DNA of 13,923 nucleotides, taken from assembly GCA_043810925.1 (NCBI GenBank), contig JBDRNT010000129.1:1-13923 (forward strand). Reading direction: 5' to 3'. A program made the position numbers and the translations under genes. Below are positions 1-6,497 of this stretch, piece by piece (position 1 is the first letter of the stretch; each line of letters begins with the position of its first letter). Below the pieces are notes generated by a model that worked only from the letters and a program-made list of their open reading frames with translations, was not told the DNA's origin and ran no database searches. The stretch comes from Candidatus Eiseniibacteriota bacterium (GTDB lineage Bacteria; Arandabacterota; Arandabacteria; Arandabacterales; Arandabacteraceae).

Positions 1-140
1 GTATGAGGGAAAACCTCACGTACGGTTCGATGAGGGGAAGTTGGAAACCGGGTATGGTAGTCGGGATTGAGGCCTTGCCCGAAAGGGACAAGGGAAAGCC
101 ACCCGAAACCTGAAGCCACGGCGCCAGTCTCCTACTCTAC
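1..140 (+). mobile_element. 3' end of a group II intron (domain V, extended domain VI, 3' splice site); the rest of the intron lies upstream of the window
   Basis: 1-28 GTATGAGGGAAAACCTC-AC-GTACGGTTC matches the DV consensus (GAGCC)GTATG...GAAA...AC-bulge-GTACGGTTC, with the catalytic triad cut off by the window edge. The DVI basal helix GAGGGGAAGTTGG (32-44) pairs with CCAGTCTCCTACTC (124-137), leaving A134 bulged as branch point, 7 nt from the AC terminus (CTACTCTAC, 140). Confidence 0.92.
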
Positions 141-199
141 AACGACACATCGGGACCGGCCTCACCTCCCTCCCGCCTGCCCGCGGAGAACCCTCATGC

Positions 200-228
200 T
201 TGAGTAAGCATCTAAGATATGGTAGAAT
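200..228 (+). promoter_or_regulatory. Putative sigma70 promoter of the first phosphoesterase gene
   Basis: TTGAGT (200-205), 17-nt spacer, TAGAAT (223-228) preceded by TGG (extended -10). An ATGCTT-N4-AAGCAT inverted repeat (196-211) overlaps the -35. Confidence 0.55.
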
Positions 229-276
229 ACATGTTAGGGTGTGATCAGAAGCTGAGCCGGAATGAGAGGTTTAAGG

Positions 277-1731
277 ATGCAAGCGAAACGGACTTGTTAT
301 CACCATATGGTTATCGGGCTTCTTGCTTGTCTGACGCTGGCGGTGCTGAGCAACGCTACACTTGCTCAGTCTATGCGGAAAGGTCCTTATCTCATTTATC
401 CGGGTACCAACACCGAAATGCAGGTCCTCTGGCAGCTGACGGCGGCGGAGACCTGTTCGCTTGAGTGGGGTACGGATCTCACCTATTCACTTGGAAGTGC
501 AGAGACCGCCGAGTACGGCGGTGATCACCAGCATGCATACACCATCCCCGGTCTGTCGCCCGGCGCGTTATATTACTACCGTGTCAGCGTGGCAGCGGAG
601 GAGTACACGGGGTCCTTCCGTGCGGCCCCCTCGACCGATGCGAGCCAGGTCAAGTTCATCGCATACGGAGATACCCGGAGTTATCCGGCGGATCACGACG
701 GGGTGGCGGCATCGATGATATCTGAGTACCTTGCTGATCCCGCATTCCAGACCATGCTGATTTCTGTTGGAGATCTCATAAACAACGGCAACCTCGAGGC
801 AGACTGGGACAATCAGTTCTTTGACCCCGCTTACACCAACATCCAGACTATGCTCGCCACAATGCCGTATCAGTCCTGTATGGGTAACCACGAGGGTACC
901 GGAGTGCTGTTTACAAAGTACTTCCCGTATCCATTCGTAAGCGGCCGGTACTGGTCCTTTGACTATGGGCCGGCTCACTTTGTCTGTGTGGACCAATACA
1001 CCAGTTATAGTTCCGGCTCACCGCAGCTCACCTGGATCGAAAACGACCTCGCGGCTTCGACCAAACTCTGGAACTTCATCTATCTTCATGAACCGGGATG
1101 GACGTCCGGGCACCATGAGAACAACACCACCGTCCAGACCTACATCCAACCCCTGTGTGAGCAGTACGGGGTGCCGATAGTCTTCGGCGGTCACAATCAT
1201 TACTACTCGCGGGGTCTTGTAAACGGTGTGCACCACATTACTACCGGCGGAGGAGGCGCACCCCCCTACAGTCCAACGCCAGGTCAGCCTTACATAGTCT
1301 ATGCAATCAGCGCTTATCACTACTGCATGGTTGAGATCGACGGTTATTCGCTCGACTTCACTGCGAGGACACGCAGCGGTACGGTTATCGATACGTTTTC
1401 GGTGGACCTGCCTCAAGCAGCTGTGGGGTACGAGGATCCAGACGTGCCGCCGCAGGCTTTAAGCCTAAGCCCGGCAGGCCCCAATCCATTTGCCCGAAGC
1501 ACCGTGCTTTCCTTCTCGGTTCCTGAAGCCGCACATGTGGACCTCGGGATTTACGCCGTTGGCGGGCGCAGGATCAGGACCCTTGTAGATGGTATGCAGG
1601 GCGCCGGCTATCATAGCACCGAGTGGGACGGCAGGGACGAGTCGGGGAACGATGTCTCCTCGGGTATCTACTTCTGCAGGCTACAAACCAAGGACGCCTG
1701 GCTGACAAGGAAACTGATCCTGGCTGAGTAG
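277..1731 (+). CDS. Secreted purple acid phosphatase-like metallophosphoesterase (signal peptide, FN3-like N domain, calcineurin-like catalytic domain, FlgD-Ig/T9SS-like C-terminal domain)
   Basis: Motifs YGDTR, VGDL, MGNHE, YLHEP, GGHNH. Hydrophobic leader ending TLA-Q. Tail GPNPF...IYAVGGRRIRTL...WDGRD..G..VSSGIYFCRL...TRKLIL. Start at ATG 277 chosen for the GAGGT RBS at 266-270; ATG 262 and ATG 307 are alternatives. Confidence 0.88.
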   Translation: MQAKRTCYHHMVIGLLACLTLAVLSNATLAQSMRKGPYLIYPGTNTEMQVLWQLTAAETCSLEWGTDLTYSLGSAETAEYGGDHQHAYTIPGLSPGALYYYRVSVAAEEYTGSFRAAPSTDASQVKFIAYGDTRSYPADHDGVAASMISEYLADPAFQTMLISVGDLINNGNLEADWDNQFFDPAYTNIQTMLATMPYQSCMGNHEGTGVLFTKYFPYPFVSGRYWSFDYGPAHFVCVDQYTSYSSGSPQLTWIENDLAASTKLWNFIYLHEPGWTSGHHENNTTVQTYIQPLCEQYGVPIVFGGHNHYYSRGLVNGVHHITTGGGGAPPYSPTPGQPYIVYAISAYHYCMVEIDGYSLDFTARTRSGTVIDTFSVDLPQAAVGYEDPDVPPQALSLSPAGPNPFARSTVLSFSVPEAAHVDLGIYAVGGRRIRTLVDGMQGAGYHSTEWDGRDESGNDVSSGIYFCRLQTKDAWLTRKLILAE

Positions 1732-1775
1732 CCCATAACGTCAGAGCGTCAGACTTGCCGGGCAATCACGCGGGC

Positions 1776-3113
1776 CTAGCCGGAAGACCCACTACGTGTG
1801 AGATCGGCCAGACTCCTGTCCAGGGCTGCCGCTATGGCGTCCATTCCGTCCTCGTCTATGACAATGGGTGGAGCTATCCTGAGATTGGTCTTATGGGTCT
1901 CCTTGGCATAGACTCCGTTTCTGAGCATCGCCATGCTCAGTTCATGACCGTTGTATCCCGGGCGTACCTCGATACCGATCAAGAGTCCCTTACCTCTGAC
2001 TTGGAGTATCTTGTCAGTATGCTTCCGCGCAACCTCATCCAGTTTACCGCGCAAGTACTCCCCGGAGGTGGCCGCTCTTTCGGTCATCTTCCTGCGTCTA
2101 AGTTCTGAGATCGTAAGCATCCCCACGTAAGCGGCAAGCGGATAACCGCCGAAGGTGCTCCCCTCGCTGTGAGGTTCGAAGAGTTCCATGATTTCTTTCT
2201 TGCCACACAGGCAGCTTATCGGAAGGAATCCGGCACTCATCGCCTTCCCGATCGTCATCAGGTCGGGCATGTCGAGACCGAAGGCCTGCCAGGCGAAGTC
2301 GGCACCCGTTCTTCCATAACCGGTCTGGATCTCATCAAGTACGAGGAGCGCGTTGTTTGCTTTAAGGACTTTCTGAACGCCCTTGAGGTATTCCTTATCA
2401 GGAACGAAGATACCGGCTTCGGCCTGGATGGGTTCCAGGATAGCCCCGGCCACGGCGCCGTCATGTTCCTTCATCCTGGCCTCGAAAGCGGCAAGGTCGT
2501 TGAATGGGACGTGTTCGATCCCGGGTATAAGCGGTCCCACGTCTTTTCTTGAAAGCCTGTCCGTCATGAGCGAGGTCGATCCGAAACCCCGGCCATGGAA
2601 GGACTTTTCGGCGGAAATGATGATCGGGTTCTCATCCCTGATCCCGGTACCGTCCTTCCCCCCATACCTGCGTCCCCATTTTCTTACGGCCTTAATAGCC
2701 GCTTCGACGGCTTCCGTGCCGCTGCTCTTGGGCAGGAACATGTCCATCCCGGTATATTCCTGAAGTGCCACGAGCCATGGTCCCAGGTACTCGTGTGAGA
2801 TTGATCGCGGGATTGTCGCCATTTTACCGATGAAGGCCTGAACGCCTTCGACCATGATCTTGTCCCTGTGCCCGAAGGGAACCGCTGAGTAGCACGCAAG
2901 TGCATCCACAACCTCGGTCACTTGCTCCCCCCCATCCTCCGTCACCATTCGGACTTTAAGCATCCACGGCTTGGATCCCGCACCCAGAACAAGGACCCCG
3001 TCAAGCGGTTCGTAGATATGCGCGCCCAGTTCGTTCAAAGCCTTGTTGTGATCTTCAATGGTCCACTCGCTGATAGGTTTGCCACCCACCACGGCATCAT
3101 CAAGAGCTGACAT
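1776..3113 (-). CDS. rocD: Class III PLP aminotransferase, most likely ornithine--oxo-acid transaminase
   Basis: SGTEAVEAAIK, FHGR, EPIQAEAG, DEIQTGYGRTG, GKAMS (PLP lysine), GSTFGG. OAT-type features GAHIY, CYSA, KETH and LRIAPP are present. GGAGGT RBS upstream of ATG. Confidence 0.8.
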   Translation of the reverse strand: MSALDDAVVGGKPISEWTIEDHNKALNELGAHIYEPLDGVLVLGAGSKPWMLKVRMVTEDGGEQVTEVVDALACYSAVPFGHRDKIMVEGVQAFIGKMATIPRSISHEYLGPWLVALQEYTGMDMFLPKSSGTEAVEAAIKAVRKWGRRYGGKDGTGIRDENPIIISAEKSFHGRGFGSTSLMTDRLSRKDVGPLIPGIEHVPFNDLAAFEARMKEHDGAVAGAILEPIQAEAGIFVPDKEYLKGVQKVLKANNALLVLDEIQTGYGRTGADFAWQAFGLDMPDLMTIGKAMSAGFLPISCLCGKKEIMELFEPHSEGSTFGGYPLAAYVGMLTISELRRRKMTERAATSGEYLRGKLDEVARKHTDKILQVRGKGLLIGIEVRPGYNGHELSMAMLRNGVYAKETHKTNLRIAPPIVIDEDGMDAIAAALDRSLADLTRSGSSG

Positions 3114-3251
3114 GTCGTGTTACCTCCAAGAGACAGTCCCGATCTCTACCCATTTCGTTGTGTTTATACCTAGACATTAGTCATTGCGGACGTCCTAAAC
3201 AAGGTGGATTTGGGTGTCAGGGATAACGCTGAAGCGTGGCGCCCCGCGTAA

Positions 3252-3791
3252 CTAGAACGACCAGTTCACAAGTATGAGCGCCGGCCAGGTCTTCTTGCTC
3301 TGGATGATGTTCAAGAGACCGATCTGGAGACCGTGCATGGTCTCGGTGTAGTTCACGAAGCCCAGCTGGAAACCCCTCATGTTGTATGTCCTGTTAACGG
3401 CACCGAGTTGGAAACCCATTCCGTTACCGAATTCGTTATATAGACCGGTCTGGAGTCCTCTAAACTCGCCCTTCACGATAGAGACCATGTTATCCTGCCA
3501 GCCCCTGAAATCACCCTCGACGTATCCGACCAGGCCATGTTGCAGACCCAGAGTCTCGCCCCCCGTGCAGTGATTGACCAGACCCAGGTCAAGCCCCGTG
3601 ACGTAGACATTCTTCCCATAGATGAGGTTGAGTCGCAGACCTACTATCCCCGCAGCTTCATCACGGATCTGAATCGGGTTAAAGAGTGCGAGTTGAAAAG
3701 GCTCCTCGGCGGCACCACAGTAACCGTTCTCACTGATCCCGACACAGAGAAATCCCACCGCAAGCAATGCCACCGAAAGTGGCTTCTTCAT
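3252..3791 (-). CDS. Exported Gly-rich repeat protein (LA_2272 / VC2662-like family), 179 aa
   Basis: Start moved to ATG 3791 (GGAGG RBS). Signal peptide MKKPLSVALLAVGFLCV. PFQLALFNPIQ and GLRLNLIYG motifs, repeated G(L/F)QxGxxN units, and C-terminal aromatic ending LVNWSF. Confidence 0.8.
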   Translation of the reverse strand: MKKPLSVALLAVGFLCVGISENGYCGAAEEPFQLALFNPIQIRDEAAGIVGLRLNLIYGKNVYVTGLDLGLVNHCTGGETLGLQHGLVGYVEGDFRGWQDNMVSIVKGEFRGLQTGLYNEFGNGMGFQLGAVNRTYNMRGFQLGFVNYTETMHGLQIGLLNIIQSKKTWPALILVNWSF

Positions 3792-3885
3792 GACAGGCCT
3801 CCTTGGCTTCACAGGACACAGACTCTTAGAGAGAATAGTCCCACCGCTGTGCCGCGTCAACCCTGTTATGATGCCACCCGGATGT

Positions 3886-6012
3886 TTATCTGACCAGTAC
3901 GATCTTCTGGCTGGCTGACTTTTCGCCGGCCTTGAAGCGGCAGAAGTAAATGCCGGCAGGCACTTGCCCGCCACGACCATCGGTGCCGTCCCAGGTGAAC
4001 TCAAACTCACCTGCCTCAGAGTAACCATCGGCAAGCACGGTCACCCTGCGACCCCTGGCATCATAGATGGCAAGATCTATCTGACCGGACCTCGCCAGGG
4101 AGAAAGCGATACGAGTTGACTGGTTCGATGGATTCGGACGGCTCGCGTGAAGTCTGAAGGTCGCCTGCCCCTTGCTATCCCCACCCACAGCCGAAAGCCC
4201 ACAGCCCTCGCCAAGAGCTCCGACCCGGCCACAACCCAGGGCATCGATACAGGGAGATCCCGATTCCAGATTGAAGTCGAGGATATCAGGTTCGCAGAAC
4301 ATAGGATCAGCAGTGAAGTTCGCGTTAAGAACGTCCTGACCCGCGATGCAGTCTATCCAGTCGCCACCCGCATTCCCATAAACATCACTGCAACTAAGGC
4401 TTATGCCGCAGCCCGCATACGGCTCACAGTAGACAGACCCTCCGCCTGTGCCAAAGGAGATTATGGTGTTTTCCGGCAAGAGATCGGAAGTCTGCATGGC
4501 CGCGATGCCGCTGCCAAGGCCTGCGGAGTTGCCGTAAAACGTGCAGTTGTAGATCTTAGCGTTGCTATTATCATAACAGAGCAATCCCCCGCCCTTGTCA
4601 CTAGACGAGTTGTCGGCGAAAATACAGTAGTCGAACCTTGCGAAGGAGTAATTCCGGCAGTATACGCCCCCGGCATCATCTTCCGCAGTATTCCTCGCGA
4701 ACATGCACTTGATGAAATGTGGCGAGGAGTAGTGGCACCTTACCCCACCACCATCATAGCCGGTGCCCACGGCGGAGTTCTCCTGGATGTTACACCGCCG
4801 TATTGTGGGCGAGGAGCAGGTCATATATATCCCGCCGGCGTGATCGTTCATCGCCACGCCTTCAGCAAGTGTGACGCCCTCGATCGTTGTCGTACTGTCA
4901 ACGCTCTCACAGTAAATGACCCTTCCGAGCGCATCGGCTTCAATCGTCACGCAGTCGGGCTCACCTGTCTCGCTGATAAGTGCTATGCCTGATTTCATCA
5001 CGATATCATGCTCGTGGTATGTACCGCACGCCACCATCACCGTGTCGCCAGCGGCAGCCGAGTCGACACCCGCCTGGATAGTAGCCGCATCACCGCCCCC
5101 GTCGGGCCGAATATGCCAGACGCGAGGGGGCACAATGACAGTGATGCCCGTGCTGACGGAATTATCGGTTTCATCATCTTCAGCCACAGCGTCTGCGTTG
5201 TCTGCGAGAATACCGATGTAGTATTCACCCGGAACGGTAGCGGGAGGAATCGTAAGTACGGCGGCGGAGAACAGCGTGTCGCCGTAAACGCCAAGACCGC
5301 CGACGGCGGCAGTGGAGGCCAGAAGGACATCGGCCGAAGTAATGACGGCGTCCGTTGATAGGTAATAGCCGTTGGTGAACGACGACACGGCTTCACATCC
5401 ACCATTTCGCACCCTGAACCACGAAAAAGGGATTTGCTCGCCGGCAAATGTGGTGTCCGGCACAACATTCGAAGCCCAACCCCCAATCCTTAGGTCAGGT
5501 CCGGCGGACACTTCGCATGGTGGGTGGTTAACCCCCGACACGTAGACCTTGCCGCCATGGACTTCCATCGCATCGTATTCAGGGGAGCAGCCAAAGAGCC
5601 GGGGTGAGGGGTAACCACTTATCGGAGCCCCCACGACCTCGGCGACCAGCGAGTCACAGAATAGTATGGGGATTGCATTAAGGGAACCAAGATAATGCCA
5701 GCCGGTATCACACGGCGAACAGCAAACACTAAAACCTGTACTCAGATTCCCCACGGAAGTCGTTACGCTCGGATCCCAAACCGGTTCAGTCATGATTGTG
5801 CAGATATCATACGAGATCTTGAACTCCGCGCATTCGATGGACTCCGCCCCTGCGTAAATCCAGATCTAAATGGGAACAGGCATGCTTACGAAAAACGCAT
5901 TGTCACACCCACTGCGACCGTAATCAGTGTAGAGGTAGACACCAGGGCATTGCCCGTTAGCAATATTCGCGGCAAGCAGAATGAGCACTGAAACCAGCAC
6001 GATCGTTTTCAT
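3886..6012 (-). pseudogene. Secreted multidomain protein (signal peptide, Cys-rich N domain, CARDB-like domain, right-handed beta-helix, FlgD-Ig tail) interrupted by one in-frame TAG at 5866-5868; either a pseudogene or read through
   Basis: ATG 6012 with AAGGGAG RBS gives MKTIVLVSVLILLAANIANG-Q...MPVPI-TAG-IWIYAGAESIECAEFKISYDICTI-MTEPVW, in the same frame as ORF 3886..5793. CARDB-like PDL...YYLSTD...GEYYIG..AD...EDDETDN; TIQAGVDSA..GDTV and repeated N-x-A/GGG beta-helix units; tail RPNP...WDGTD..G..VPAGIYFCR...QKIVLVR. Confidence 0.75.
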
Positions 6013-6159
6013 GTTTGTCTCCCTTGTGAGTTTCGTCGGCACCAAGCGTTGTCCTGTATGGATGGTTAAGTACTCAAATTGTATCAAAGAGATCAGGCTG
6101 AATCCACGCTGATCCAGTGTTCCGCGGGAGCGCAGCAGGTGGACGCGACCAAGGCAAGA

Positions 6160-6194
6160 CCCTCCAATTAGGGGGCTCTCCTTCAGGAGCTGGG
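6160..6194. repeat. Imperfect direct repeat, copy A (att-like; matches the tRNA-Gln 3' tip plus downstream hairpin)
   Basis: CCCTCCAATTAGGGGGCTCTCCTTCAGGAGCTGGG versus 9006-9040 CCCTCCATTTGGAGGGCTATCCTTCAGGAGCTGGG: 31/35 identical, last 16 nt exact. Confidence 0.85.
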
Positions 6195-6300
6195 TGTAGA
6201 AGACGGTTTTGGGACTTTCTTGATTACTCAGGAGTGTGCCAAGATGGCTTGCCTGGTGGCCAATCTTGCGTAGCCTCTCCCCTACGAGCACGCTCTATCC

Positions 6301-6329
6301 TTGAACCATCATTCGCAATATGCTATAAT
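6301..6329 (+). promoter_or_regulatory. Near-consensus sigma70 promoter upstream of the large phosphoesterase gene
   Basis: TTGAAC (6301-6306), 17-nt spacer, TATAAT (6324-6329) with an extended -10 TG at 6321-6322. Confidence 0.7.
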
Positions 6330-6394
6330 CACCCCGGTTTTGGAGGCTGAGTTCCTTTATGAAACGTCTGAAGAGGCACGCTAACATCATTGAG

Positions 6395-6481
6395 ATTCTT
6401 CGCACCACAGCAGTAGCTGTTCTCAGCAAGACCACAACATAGACAACCGACAGCAAGAATGGCATGCCTGTGCCTTTTCAG
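6395..6481 (-). pseudogene. Decayed 5' fragment (signal peptide region) paralogous to the 3252-3791 gene
   Basis: Translates LKRHRHAILAVGCLCCGLAENSYCCGAKN versus MKKPLSVALLAVGFLCVGISENGYCGAAEE. The start position is CTG and similarity is lost after about 29 codons. Confidence 0.6.
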
Positions 6482-6497
6482 AGGAGGTGCAGTCACA

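Noticed and set aside
1729..1775. Possible integron attC site (CCATAAC just after the stop; GTTAGGG at 234-240 upstream of the gene)
   Set aside because: There is no complementary GTTRRRY right arm or extended inverted repeat, no repeated attC between other genes, and no integron integrase.
3290..3620. Repetitive G(L/F)QxGxxN-coding sequence as a DNA repeat or CRISPR array
   Set aside because: The repeats exist at the protein level only; there are no identical spaced DNA repeats and no cas genes in the window.
3792..4034. 81-aa N-terminal extension of the LA_2272-like ORF
   Set aside because: It overlaps the upstream gene's 3' end; the RBS and signal peptide point to ATG 3791.
4147..4992. 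281-aa plus-strand ORF and the other antisense/alternate-frame ORFs (e.g. 13040..13567, 11606..12043, 568..996)
   Set aside because: They are shadows of well-supported genes on the opposite strand or frame in GC-rich DNA, with no recognisable motifs.
1729..5868. Genome-wide TAG reassignment as an explanation for the in-frame amber
   Set aside because: TAG terminates three genes (1731, 1776, 3252) at their expected C-termini, and the tRNA in the window has a CUG, not CUA, anticodon.
6013..6291. Upstream part of ORF 5866..6291
   Set aside because: It runs across the repeat/att region with no protein-like features; the RBS and signal peptide start at ATG 6012.
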